Positions 35,885 to 48,584 of a stretch of DNA of 64,000 nucleotides are shown piece after piece. Source of the DNA: Felis catus (lineage: Eukaryota); the NCBI RefSeq assembly GCF_018350175.1, contig NC_058368.1:79424001-79488000 (forward strand). The letters are read 5' to 3'. The stretch's first letter is position 1; every line of letters begins with the position of its first letter. Under the pieces are notes generated by a model. That model was not told the DNA's origin, did not search any database, and saw only the letters and a list, made by a program, of their open reading frames with translations. The position numbers and the translations under genes were made by a program.

Positions 35885-38800
35885 ATGAGGGACAACCATT
35901 TGGTTGAACTGTATGAAACTGCTGATATTTGACAGTTTTTGCTCCATAAAAAAGTCGGTTACACGTAGTCATCTTATGAGTGGTCTTTGACGCATGATGT
36001 GATACAGGACTGTGTATATGGAGAAGAGTAGTGAGGACACAGTAAACTGCAGAAGGGTCTAGAGGAGGCTCCCAAGAGGCTGTGATGTTCCAGTTCATTC
36101 GAAAGGATGAGTTCTATTCACTAGGAGGGAGAGAGGAGTGTGTAGCCCAGCCATGGGGCCAGATTTCCTAATTCATCGACTCGATGTTGAGCCCTGATGT
36201 GCACTTGGACTGCTTGTGGTTTAGGGTCCATGGTAAGAAGTAGTTGGAAGATTTACGGGACCTGCCAGAGATTTTGGAGATGCCATGCTGCGGGGGTGGG
36301 ACTTGGTGCTATAATCAGTAAGGATGCAACGGAGTTAGACTTACTTTCTAGAAAGATAACGCTTAAGGGGATGATGAATAAAACCTACACCTGCACTTTT
36401 TTTTTTTGACTCTCAGAAAGGATCTTTTTAGATACTCGAAAGTGGTGAGTGTCTAAATACACACGCAGGTTGCCACGGCCGTTTTTAACCTGGACCTATT
36501 TTCCAGCCAATTTTACCAGAGGACGAAGGACATGGAGAGGGATGACCAGAGTCCCATTCCTGCTCTCAGGTGTGAGGTCCGGCCTGGTGGTAGGGGTCAT
36601 CTGCACACGGAAGATCTGGGCCAACAAGGTGCGAAGCCCCGGTGACATATCAGGAGTCCCCATCAGGGAAGTCCTGATGTGGGAGAGGAACGGCTACAAG
36701 CCAAGCTCCCCACAGTTTGAAGGGGCAGCTCAGCCTGAGAGAAGGCTGACAACTTCCGGGTACAAGAGTTTCCCGCCAGTCTGTGCCGCTCTGCACGTAG
36801 CATACTGAGCACCAAGCACCTTCCCCATGGGAATGGAGCCTAGGATGTGGCTGCCTTGCTCTGAGCCTGCTCATAGCTCCCAGAAGCGCACCTGCCACGG
36901 CTGCCATGGCGACTTGCCCTGGTTCTAGTGGCACCCTGACGGGTCCATTGGAGCTGCTGTCTCGGATCCAGTCAGTCTTCTGCACAACTAACCTTGCCGT
37001 GGTCCGCGGGGCTCGGCGTCTGTGCAGACGCACCGTCGCATTTGGGCCACTCGGTCTCTTCACTCATCCCTAATGGTTTCTGTTTTTACCGGTTCCCACC
37101 AGAAAAGGCTCCACCATGAAAATCAGACATTATTCTCTGATCTCAGCCTCACTTTGACCCCATCAGTCGCTCCGCCCTTCTTCTCCTCCCATCATCTCTC
37201 TCCCTCTGTGCTTACCCACTTTCCCAGCCTACAAGCTCTTGTCGATAACTTCAGCGGCTCTCTTCCAAATAACCTAGGCCCTTGCCCGTTTCGGTCCAGC
37301 GGGTCTGCCTAGAAACAAGAGGGGGCAGGACTCAAAATCTCCAGCCCATCTGCACCGGCGCCGACAGATCGAGCCTGCTGGAGCACCTCACGCAGCCAGC
37401 GGTGTCCGTGTCGCTGGGACTCCACGGCCACGACCCTGACTGGACACAAGGTGCCTGGCACCCGCCCACCAGGTTTCATTAGCGGGCAACACCGTCCCAC
37501 CCACACCACACCACTGGCATCTGCTGTTCCTGCCTGGCAACTGCGTCCTGCCCGCCTGCCTGCCTGCCTGGCCGGCCAGCTTCCCTGCCTGCAGTTGTCT
37601 TTGTGAAATGCAAGTGTGACTTGCTTGAGACTCTTCCCAGGCGTCCCCGGGTGACTAACACCTGGCACATGTAGTCTGGCTGCCGTGTCCCCACAGGATC
37701 TCGGGCCCGACTCCTCTGTCCTGCGATCTCACGCCTCTCCTTTTCTAGCTGCGTCAAGCAATCGTGTATTTTTTTTTTTTTTTAACTGTCCTGAAACTGA
37801 GCTCCACAGCGTTTCAGGTCTCAGACCGGCAGGCGCTGTGGTTCCCCGTGTCCACCAGCCCCCTGCCCCTTTCGCCCAGCTAGCCCCTTCCGGCGCTCCG
37901 AGGGCCACTGGGAAGTCCCTTCCCGGGGACGGCTTTCTCTGGCCGCTCCAGCTGGCTTAGGGACCTCAGGACGATGCTGCCATCGTGTCGTCTCCTCCTA
38001 CCTGGGTTCATCACCGTTCTTATTGCACATCCGACCTCTGTTCTCTCCGCTGTCCCTTAAGCATTCAAGCCGCGGGTCTGCGTGCCTGGGGGCTCCCCGC
38101 CCATGGCCCAGCAGGTAGCAGTGTCCAGGCGGAAGCGAGACCACAGGGCGACAGGTTGTCGTTAGGGGCCAGCATGGCCTCAAGGCCAACTTCCAAAACT
38201 GTGCAATGACCCTCAAGAATTCCTTGATAGTGTGTCCTCCGTACCAGCTGGCTCCTTTCGGATATGGTTCCTCTTTGCAGGAGAACGTGGGAGGCAGGAA
38301 AGAGAACATAAGCGGGCAGGAGGGGGTCAGGTATGTGAAATGCTCCTGCTGACTCTTTACCACGTTCCTCTCAAGCCAACAACCGCCTGACAGCCACAGT
38401 CCTCGTGGATCGCAGTGGCACCGGGCGCTCCCTCCGGAGGGATGATGGCAACCGACTGATCTCAATGGCACACTAGCGACGAAAAGCAGTTCTCTATGAA
38501 AGGTCTGATGGATTTGATGGGTTTAAACCGGAAGACAAACACAGATCTAGAACTTGAGGGATGCACCGGCCTTGTCTTGTGTCCTAGCCAAGCCCGCGGG
38601 AGAGGCACCCGGGGGAGCCCTGGGCCGATGTGACGGCCCGTGCCCGTGGACTCACACGGCTGCTGCCCTTCACCCCCACTGCACAAGGCGTAAATGATGT
38701 CACGACGAAGGTAGAAGCTCCTGGCTCATCACGATGTGATTTACTAGGAAGAGAGAGTGAATAAGCTAGCGCGGTTATGTTGTGCTTACAGCGAGCTTAC

Positions 38801-39257
38801 AGTCGTGTCACCAACAGGTTTCCCCAGGGATCCGTACCTTGACTGTGTTCCCAGCATCAGAGTTAAGGAACACAGAAGGACGGTAGCAAGGCTGTGGAGA
38901 CGCGCTTGTCTGACGAAATGAAGAAGTCTGGAAAGCCAACAGTCAGGCGCGGCGTAGGTAACTGTTGTTCTCTGGGGTCACAGGCCAGGAGACACGGGGC
39001 TTCAGCTCTGAGAATCCAGCGTTCAGGACGCACAGGTGTGAAGAGTGAGGGAGGAGGATGTTCCTGAGTCAGTGAGCAACGAGTTGTGGAAGACGACCTG
39101 AATGGGAACAAGTCTACAGACACATGGCCAAAAGGCTGCCCCGAGGAAGAGGGGCGGGGAGGGGGGAAGACCCTGGGGTGCAAGCAGGGGAGACAGTGGG
39201 AGAAGCCAGACCAACTGTCTCACACACAAGCTTTCGTAGCTTATTTAAGAAAGAGGA

Positions 39258-39474
39258 GGGGCGCCTGGGTGGCTCAGTCATTTGAGCAACTGACTTCGGC
39301 TCGGGTCATGATCTCGCGGTCCGTGGGTTCGAGGCCCGCATCGGACTCTTAGCTGACAGCTCGGAGCCTGGAGCCTGCTTCCGATTCTGTGTCTCCCTCT
39401 CTCTCTGCCCCTCCCCTGCTCACGCTCTGTCTCTCTGTGTCTCTCAAAAATAAATAAACGTTAAAAAAAAAAGA
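39258..39474 (+). mobile_element. Can-SINE (SINEC_Fc-type)
   Basis: Full element; TSD aagaaagagga. Confidence 0.95.
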
Positions 39475-40554
39475 AAGAAAGAGGAAATGTCCAAGGTGGA
39501 TCACCAAAGCTCGTTTCGTGACGGAATGAAGAAAGGAGAGTTCCTGGTTGCAAGTCTCTCACTGGAGAAGGTCCTGCACATTCTAGAATGTTGATCTGCT
39601 AGAATGTTGATCTGGCCTGCTTAGGCTTTTCTAGACCATGCGCTCCCCTAGTTAGTTGTTCTCTCCCTTTTGTACTTTGCATTTTTAAACGTGCATTTAG
39701 ACCGGGGCTGTATCTACATGGGCCCTCTGAACTGGACTTTGGTGCCACCCGCCTGCTCACTCGAGCTCTCCCCACCATCCAATGGGCAAATCAATCTTGC
39801 AGCAATCTGTATCCGTCAGAGGAGTGGCCAAGGACGGATCAGCCGAGCTGCAGTCCAATTCCATTCGCAGGCACAGAGTCTCCATGCCGTTTGTGGAGGC
39901 AATTAGGTCCGGCATAAACCATATTTAGCGTTTCATCATGGTGAACAGCTAAATGCCACCCACCTCGCCGTAGCTGCGTGAGAACATAAGCATGGAGAGA
40001 TGAGGCCTTTAGAAATAAATAGGGGGAAAGCACTGGACCAGGAAAGCCTGTTACTTTAAATGCTCTTGGTCTCCCTGGTCAGAGATTAACGCAAGTCTGT
40101 CACCTGCTCTACAGAAAACTCCGTGAGTGCTTTTAAAGGGAAGGCCATCTCCTCCTTATGAATATTTAATAGCCTTGGAAAATAGTGGGTTATTTTGCTC
40201 TCCTCGAAGGAATTATATATTTAGAGTGTTGTAAATATCCATGGTTTTAAGCGGTTCTCTGCCTTGTAAACAAGTGCAATGGCCGTCATTTATTCCCGAG
40301 GCCATAAACCATGTGTGTCTTTTACTAGTGACATTGAGTCCTCAGGACTGCTCCTGTCCAAGTCTGCTGTGTCTGCACCCGTAGACGGCTGCCGCTTTTC
40401 CTTGCGGGGCGCTCTTCTCCATCACTGCTTTCTGGCGTCTCCTGGCCTGGAGGAAAGCCTGTGCCTGGGTGGGGATCACACTGAAGCCATTGCCTCCCTG
40501 TCCTCTCACGTAGGCCTCGCCCACCGCCCCATCTAAGTGGGAAAGAAGGAAGCG

Positions 40555-41157
40555 GTGTGGACCCAACTCCGCCCCCCCTCAAAAGTCACCTGTTGAAGGG
40601 GCGCCTGGGTGGCGCAGTCGGTTAAGCGTCCGACTTCAGCCAGGTCACGATCTCGCGGTCCGTGAGTTCCAGCCCCGCGTCGGGCTCTGGGCTGATGGCT
40701 CGGAGCCTGGAGCCTGTTTCCGATTCTGTGTGTCCCTCTCTCTCTGCCCCTCCCCCGTTCATGCTCTGTCTCTCTCTGTCCCAAAAATAAATAAACGTTG
40801 AAAAAAAAAAAGTCACCTGTTGAAGCCCTAACCCTGTGTGACTGTATTTGGAGACAGGGCGTTTTGGAAGGCAATCAAGGATAAAAGAGGCCACACGTAT
40901 GAGGATCTAATCCCGTAAAACTGGATTCTATAAGAAGAGAAGGAGACACCAGGAGTCAGCATGCACAGGGAGGAGGCCATGTGAGGAGGATGAGCAAAGA
41001 GCCGGCCGTCTGCAAGCCAGGAGGACAGTCCTCGCCACAAAGCGACCTCGAGGCACCTGATCTCACATTCCAGCCTAGAGGACTCTGAGAACACGGGTTT
41101 CTCTTGTTTGAAACCCCCAGTCCGTGGCGGTATGTTACGCACCCGAGCGAATACACG
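40555..41157 (+). mobile_element. MaLR solo LTR (MLT1A-like), interrupted by a SINE
   Basis: tgttgaagccctaaccc..tgtgactgtatttggagacagggc; gccgtctgcaagccagga; ttgtttgaaacccccagtccgtgg. Confidence 0.85.
40598..40807 (+). mobile_element. Young SINEC_Fc
   Basis: CpG-intact; perfect 17-bp TSD aaaagtcacctgttgaa at 40581-40597 and 40808-40824. Confidence 0.97.
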
Positions 41158-41189
41158 TGCCTGCTTGCCACTTACTGCTCAGGCCAGCA

Positions 41190-41418
41190 CGAGACAGAGC
41201 ATAAGAGAGAGAGAGAGGGAGAGAGAGAGAGAGAGAGAGAGACAGAGCATGGGGGAGGGGCAGAGAGAGAGGGAGACACAGAATGGGAAGCAGGCTCCAG
41301 GCTCCGAGCTGTCAGCACGGAGCCCGACGTGGGGCTCGAACCCACGAACCGTGAGCTCACGACCTGAGCCAAAGTCTGACACTCAACTGACTGAGCCCCT
41401 CCCCTGCCCCGGCACCCC
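41190..41418 (-). mobile_element. Can-SINE lacking an obvious A tail
   Basis: (GA)n, gcaggctccaggctccgagctgtcagcac, head ends ggcacccc. Confidence 0.9.
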
Positions 41419-41529
41419 TCTGTTCTCTCTTTCAATCACCACTATGGTTGTTAAATGCCCTTCTGGAACCACTGAAAACCGGAGGTCACAACCAGCACGC
41501 ACTGTACCTGACCACTATGTGTGGATACC

Positions 41530-41925
41530 GTTCTGTATTGTCGTAAAATATACACCACACAACATTTACCACTTTAACAATTTCTCAGTGTTCAGTTCAG
41601 GAGCACTAAGTGCACTGTTGTGGGCCACCCATCACCACCATCCTCTCCAGGAACGGTTCCATCATCCTTGGCTGGAACTCTGTCCCCAGGAAACACTAAC
41701 TCGCCCTCTTCCTCTCCCCCAGCTCCTGGTGACCTCTGTTCTACTGGCTGTCTGTATGAATTTGATGGCTCCGGGGACCTCATATAAATGGAACCCTACG
41801 ATGTTTGTTTTTTGGGGTCTGGCTTTTTTCATTTAGCAGAAAGTCTTCAAGTTTATCCCTGTTGTAACATGTATCAGAAAGTCCTTTTTTAAAGCTGAAT
41901 AACATCCCATTACATATGCAACCAT
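41530..41925 (-). mobile_element. L1 (L1MB-like) 3' end
   Basis: attgtcgtaaaatatacac...atttaccactttaac; ggacctcatataaatggaa; aagctgaataacatcccatt. Confidence 0.85.
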
Positions 41926-42021
41926 TCAGCGAGCCACTTGTCTTTGCTAACTCCCTTCTCATATTCAGAGGACTTCTTTGCTATTTTTCCCTTGTTCCTT
42001 AAAATCTGCTACCATCTACCC

Positions 42022-42225
42022 CAAAGGCTCTCAACCTCGGAGCGATTTTGCACACCCCCTTCCCCACAGGAGACACTTGGGAATGTCCGGTGACTTTCTT
42101 GTTGTCCAAACGGAGGGCGACGCTATTGCCCCTGGTGGGTAGAGACCAGGGATGCTGCACGGGACAGCCCCACAACAGAGAGTGATCCAGCCCAGACTGT
42201 CGTAATTCAGGGTCCAGAAATCCTA
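42022..42225. mobile_element. MER20 hAT-Charlie element
   Basis: ctctcaacc...gcgattttgc; tgggtagagaccagggatgctgc; ccccacaacagagagtgatccagccca. Confidence 0.85.
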
Positions 42226-42399
42226 TCTAGAAGATCCCTATTTTAAATTGGAATATTTAGTGCCTCATCCTATGTGTCTCTTTGCTTCGTGATTCCACGG
42301 ACCACACCAGCCAAGAAACAGCGCGCCCTCCCCCGAACCACCCTCACCTCCACTGGTTCCTCCTCCCTGCCGTCTACCCCACGGCCGATCTGTGCACCT

Positions 42400-43850
42400 G
42401 TGCCTTCTCTCAACTCACTCTCCGCACCCCTGTGGATAACGCTGAACTTCAAAATTGGTCCAGGCTAGACTCAATGGTCAGCAACTTCAACTTGTACTGA
42501 CACAGACTCCCTTCACCGTCTGAACCTCAGCCACCTCTACCGGGCAGAATCTGCCTTTAGCTCATCTTCGTCCGTTTCTTTCTTCCCCTGGAGTTGGGCT
42601 CCACAGCCTTGCTCTCGCAAAGCTGCCTGAGCTCACGGTGAACGTATATATTCTCCACTCTTAATTGGCCCTTCTCGCTGTACCCCTATGATTTCTTCAG
42701 GGTTTCTTTCCCACCTTGTTTTTTCCCCCCTAACTCATAATCTGTAATGACCGTCCCCACCATTTTTCCTCTCCTTAAGTACTCAATCTTTCGTACCCCC
42801 CCCTCCCCCATAAATGATTTCACTGCGATTTACAAAACAGGTCAAGAGGCAGGAGGGCTTCACTCTATCTTCTTTTTCCCCCTTTCTAAATAGGTGCTTC
42901 CTTTATCCCGTGTCTTTCCAGTCTTTACAAATGCAGGGACTGGCTTCTCTGTCCTCACACAGAGCAGAAGTTCTCACGCTTTTCACCACCAAATCTCCCA
43001 ATGATTACTACTTATCCTTACCCAAACCTAGCTGCAAACTTGCAGGACTGTTCATAATTGCTGACTTCTTGGGTAGCATAGTCTCACTTCTGTCTCCACC
43101 GCTGGAGAGGGATTGCACCAGTGAGCATGAGTGAGTTCCTCACTGCCGTGTTCTGTGTTTTCTGCATTCACAGTGACCTCTCGAGAGCATTTGACAGTAG
43201 CAATATCTCCTTTTAAGTTTTCAGCCTTTTTTTTTTGACTTCTGTGACCCTAAAACAACTTGGTTCAATTGCAACCTTCTTTGGCTTTTGCTTCTCTCTT
43301 TATTGGCTTTTCTTCCTCTCCCTCCCTCCACTTCTACTTAAATATTAACAGCTCTCTAAACTCATTCTTTTATCTCTTACTGATTTGTTCCTATGTTCTC
43401 TTCACTGACAAAACCACCCACTAGCAACCTCTCTCACTGTAAGGCATTGAGGAAAAGTCCCATTTTTACTATGTTGTGGAATTAAATTCAATGTCCGAAT
43501 GCTCAATGTCCCTTCCACTTCCCCAACTCTGTTGGTGGTGCCCTCGTTCCCTCCCTCCATCCTCCACACAAGAAGCTCTCCAGTCCCCTTTGACACCCTT
43601 CTTCCCTCTTCTTCGGGGCCAGGAAGGTCCCAGCCCCTTCCCTATTTTTTTTTCCTCTTTCATTTCTCTCACTTCCTTTTCTGTCCCTTTTTGACCTCCA
43701 GAGCCCAGGTCCTTCTCCCTCATGATACATTTAACTCATCTTAACTAGTTTCCCTGCTACCATTTTTTTTTTTTACTTTCTAATATATATTACACAATAG
43801 CAAATTTAATACTCTTAATGCCTGGCTCTATACCTCTATTCCTTGGCCTG
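42400..43850 (+). mobile_element. Degraded L2-like fragments
   Basis: Pyrimidine-rich tract with L2-like pieces (gcatttgacagtag; ttggttc...ccttctttggct); boundaries uncertain. Confidence 0.4.
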
Positions 43851-45386
43851 GCCTGGCTAGCTATGGGAGGCACTGGGTGGGCGAGTACTGAGCCACAGAC
43901 CCAGGTGGAAATAGAGGACTCCTTAGGTCTAAGCATCCAGCTATGGCGGCATAATCAAGACAAGACTTGACTTTTCTAGCGATAAGCATGTGGAAATGTG
44001 AGTCTGGAGAGGTGAGTGGCAACCAGGAAACTGTCTGAAGATGGTCAAGGATGTGGGGAGTGTGTATGCCCTCTACACAAAAGCCCGGAACTGCCCATGA
44101 CAGGCGGCAGCCTGGTGGGAGCAGGGGCGGAGCGCGTCTGTATCCCTGGAAACCAGCGGGTTCAAGAAGGTGGGCAGTAAGCTTTGGGGAGACACTGCTG
44201 TAGATGCTCAAAGTTGACTCATGGACAGACTGAGGCTTGTTGGCAGAAAGCCCAAACTCCGGGGTGGAAACGCAAAGCCTGGAAACGCAAAGTGTAACAC
44301 ACTTCAGGAACATGTTTGCCAACCTCAGAGCAGGAACTAGAGCGAGACTCGAGGGCGAGCGAACAAACTACCGGATTAGGACTTCCTCTGCTCCCCACCG
44401 CCAAGACTGACTGCCATCACTGCACAGCTGTCATCTTTTGGGAAGAAGAAGGAAACCAAAACCCATCAAAAATCTTGTGCCTCCGTTCCACTCCCCTAGG
44501 ATGATATCCAGATCCCTTAGCATTTCAAAAAGAACCTCCCTCCCTTGCAGAATGTAGACTCATTCATCTTTTTAATCCAGGATCTCAACCTCTAACTTTA
44601 TGGATGCCCTATTTTAGTCAATCCTCTAAGCCCTCAAATATATAATTTAACTTTTCCACAATCCTTACTCTCTCTGACCTGTCCCAACACCTTCCGCCAT
44701 TAAAGTCAATTCCCAGACCTCTTCCCCAGCGAGGCCTTCCTTGAGCAAACATTGCCCATCCTGTCTCCCTCACCTGGGCTCCCTTCGAAGCCACTGTCTA
44801 ATCTATTTCTCCGTTAAACACGCATGTCTTATGTTAAGGTAAGCATCTGCTTGTTGTTTGGAGCTTATCTTGAACTTCTCCTGTGATTACGTCTGCCTTT
44901 CCCCATTAGAAAGAAAGGTCCTCGAGACCAGGAAACCGACCTCGCATCTGCCTTTGTTTCTCTCACGGCTCTCAAGATAGGGTTGTTTACCTAGCAAGTG
45001 ATTGCTAAATCTTTGATTTAATTGTTGCCATTTCCTCCAAAACGCTAAAGCCCAAGAGCAAAGAGCGTCTTCCTGTCTTCGGGTTTCAGCCGCACATTTT
45101 GTGAGTTACACTCATTTCATTAGTCTTCCCATAAAAGCGTTTGCCATAGTAACAGAATTTCCTGGTGATGCTCAATCTTTAGTAATAAGCACGGGTGCAG
45201 ATTTCTTGGCGGAAGCTGCAATACATACACTGACAATTAAAAAGCCAATATGTTGGGGAAATATACCAAATGATTATTTTTCTTTTGTTTTTCCTCTGAG
45301 TCTTTATTTAAAGGCCGTTTCCAAAAGATAAATATTGTCACTCATTTAACTGTGTATTTCAAATTGTTTGAGGTTTTGGGCTTTGC

Positions 45387-45423
45387 TGTGTGTGTGTGTG
45401 TGTGTGTGTGTGTATACACACAC
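45387..45423. repeat. (TG)n microsatellite followed by short (CA)n
   Basis: Seen directly in the sequence. Confidence 0.9.
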
Positions 45424-46479
45424 AAATCCAAGAGCTTTGAACAATCGCCTTGAGTAGGCCTGGCAAAACTATCCTAAGATTGATATAAATTTTTTTTTCC
45501 TTCCTTCAAGATGAGAAGGCCAGGGTGGAATCGGACTCAGGAGGAGAGGGGATCATAGGCAGAAGACAGATTAAGGCCACATTTTTTTTTTAGATAAGCC
45601 ACTACGTGGGAGTTAGAGCAGCCTCTCATCCCTCTGCTCCCTAAACTCTCGGGGGACTTGGTACCTGTTGAAAAGAGGACTTGTGTAGGTAAGCCAGGTG
45701 GCAGTCACAGCGCTCCGTGCAGGAGTTTAGGAAGGTGCCCGGATCTCTGCTGGCAGGCAGCCCCTTAATGCAGAAGGGCCTCCCCTATTGTGCCGGGGTT
45801 TACAATCCTCCCCACCACACGGGCCCCTGTGGATCCCCCTGCCCGACCCACTCTCCACAGCGTGTCTCCCTAGGCACCTCAGAAAGGGCACATCATCTCA
45901 CAGGCTTGCTTTCAAGTCCCTGCAAGGTCATACAAGCCAAGTAGTTCCGACTGTCCCTCGAGAAAGTGTGACTTCCAGAGGCTAAGGCTTCCTGGGGGGA
46001 CTTAATTATAAGAGGCAGCCTGTGTTCCTTTTGGCTTTTCAAAATAAGCTGAGCTCCTTGCTGGGGGAGAAAAACAAGAACATGCTGGCAGATTGATTTC
46101 TTTTCACATACTGATTTCCATCATAAACAAAAAGTCCGTGCCGTTCAGAAGCAGAGACAAGGCAGGGTACAATTTGCCGCATTTCAGCTTCCTATGTCCA
46201 GGGCACTTGTCGCGTTCTGACCAAGGCTGGGGGGGGGGGGGGGTCTCCCATGTCATTATTTCTCACGTTGACACTGAAATTCACCGTCACATTGAAAAAT
46301 TCACATTTTTCCCATCGCTGGTCCTTTTTCCCACCTCTTCACTTTGTTGAATTGATTTAGGCTTTCTGTCTCCTCCAACCGTTCATCTTTGTTAGTTCCG
46401 GTGACTTTGCAAACTCAGGTTTTGCACACTGGGGACATCGTTTGTCCAAATGAACAAGTCTTTGGGAGAAACACGCAAA

Positions 46480-47405
46480 GCGACGTCATGTAGAAGCCAG
46501 AATCTGTTTGTTTTGTGGCCACGCCCCCCACCCACCCCGGTGTCTTTGCCTCAGGGGCCCTCACAGCCAATTGTACGATAAGGGCAACGAATTCAAATCG
46601 TGTCTTAGGTTCCCACAAGCCCCAAAACAGTATTTTTATCCGTTTGCTTGTGGGGATCCTGTGGTTTTGATTACGCAATAGCCACCAGGCTAAACACTTC
46701 TGAACACTCTGTTTACACGCCAGCTTATCCAACTCAAGTCGCTACAAATGAGTCTGGATCAGCCTTCCTGGTCAGAAAGTGAGAAGACCCTTCATTTTCT
46801 GACATTTCCAGGCTTTTGCTCCACGTGGAAAACGACGATCTCCGGAGGACAGGTGCGCTGTGAGACCTGTGTCACACCGACATGGGAATTGGGACCTGGC
46901 ACCTTGCAGAATGCCTCAGCCCTAAAACATTCCCATCTCTTTAAAGAGGAAGATTTCACGAAGATATTAAAAAGAATTGTAAAACGCAACAGGTTTTGCT
47001 CGACTTCCTTTTATGTCATCGGTAAATTTCTGGAGAAAATCCATGTATCAGGAGCCATAAATTTTCTTTATTTGCCTCCACACAGAAGAATATCAATTGT
47101 GACGAGAGAGTTGAAACATGTTGGTAGGCATCAGGAAGATTCTGGAAGGGTCCTCCTGGTGATTATGTCCTGCACGCAAATCCTCACTTGACAAGGAAAG
47201 GCCCGGAGTCAGGCGGCCAGGCCGCACAGCGCAAGCGTGAAAAGGCAAGGACCTCTCTGGGGCTGAGTCGGCTGCAAGCTGAAGCCGGGGTTTTTGAAAC
47301 AGAAGCAAACGGTTTATTTACAGCCTCTGAAGGTCCGGAGCACAGAAGGTTCCCGGGTTAGCGCCCACCCTGGGATTGGGCTGACGTCACCAGGAAGCAG
47401 GTGTT
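46480..47405. promoter_or_regulatory. Candidate enhancer/promoter-like element
   Basis: KLF/SP GGCCACGCCCCC 46517; AP-2 GCCTCAGGG 46548; RUNX TGTGGTT 46660; C/EBP ATTACGCAAT 46670; FOX TGTTTAC 46710; reverse CCAAT, CRE 47382, ETS CAGGAAG 47391, E-box 47398; motif evidence only. Confidence 0.4.
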
Positions 47406-48584
47406 GGGGTGCTACAAGTGGATTCTTCAAACATCCCCCCAAAACAAGCATCTGGTCAAGTGGCCCAAGTCCCTTGAGACAGAGAACTATAAGACACTAC
47501 AAGGGAAATAAAATTAAATCCCCTGTGTCACACTAAAGTGTCAGGGAAGAAAAGAGCAAGCCCCATTTGGAAAGCTCCCCAGGGGTTAGGAGGCTGGCAG
47601 GACACAGGCCCCAGCCCCTCTGAGACGGAGCGGTGGCAGGGGACCCAGGGGACACAGAAGTGATTATGAGCCAGAGGAGGTGAGCAGAGCCCGGGGTCTG
47701 GCCCTGGAAGGGACGGAGGGAGGCACGGCGGTTCTCGGGACCCGCTGGAACGGGGACCAAGATCACCAGTACCTTCTGCAGCTGGACGGTCTCCCTGACC
47801 TACTGACTTGCTCCAGGGGGAGCTTCAGAGCGGGGAGGCTCCGGAGTCCAACATATGTCACCAGGACGCCAGCATGAGTGTCTTCCCCAGGGTTGAGATC
47901 ACAGAAAGATGTTCCAGGCCTTGAAAAGCAAATGTAACCCACCAGATGCGCATGCTGGGCCAAAGAGAAAAGTTACTTTCTCCAGGAAACTAAAAAAAAA
48001 AAAAAAGAAAGAAAAAAAAAAAAAAGGATCAGAAATGGAGGGCTGAGGGAGAAAGAAAGGTCACCTCTTCAGACTTTGCAGGCGTCTGAAACAGATGCCC
48101 AGAGCAGGGCTCTGTCCCTCCCCGCAACCTGGCCTCACCCCTCCTTCCCATCTCAGCACCCGGCATCTGTAGCCAGAAACCCAGGAATGCCCTCCCTCCG
48201 GCTCACCCCCTACAGCCCAGTTCCCCCACCCCACCCCTCTCTCCACTGCCACCGCCTCCCCAGTGGCCTGGATGCCACCTTCCTGCCACCGGCTTCACGC
48301 TGGGCTGTCCCCGTCTCTGTGGCCCACCTGTCCCACTGCGGCCCCCTGGCCGGGACCCCTGGACCTCGCCGGAACCTCCACGGCCACCACCCGCCTGCTG
48401 TCCTCACAGCCGCCACCCAGCGTGGACGCCTTTTTACGTGGAAACCCCATCATAGGACCACACTACCGGCAGATCGTACCCGCTCCTCTTTCCCTGCTGA
48501 GTGAAACCCAAACTCTCCCCCGTGGCACCCAGGCCCCGGCTGAGCTGCTGGCTGCCACCTGCTTTACCTGGGCTGCCTCCCAGC

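Noticed and set aside
38440..38512. Possible C/D-box snoRNA (atgatg ... ctga)
   Set aside because: Box C is imperfect and there is no terminal stem.
41108..41836. Longest ORF (242 aa)
   Set aside because: Reads through an LTR end, an antisense SINE (ERERER from GA repeats) and an antisense L1 3' UTR; not a credible gene.
43860..44500. Purine/GC-shifted block within a pyrimidine-rich L2-like region, possibly an old LTR
   Set aside because: Could not assign a family, termini or TSD by eye; needs a Dfam search.
25160..45705. Scattered CTCF-like matches (about 25165, 37316, 45692)
   Set aside because: Only the 3' half of the motif matches; cannot be told from chance without PWM scoring or ChIP data.
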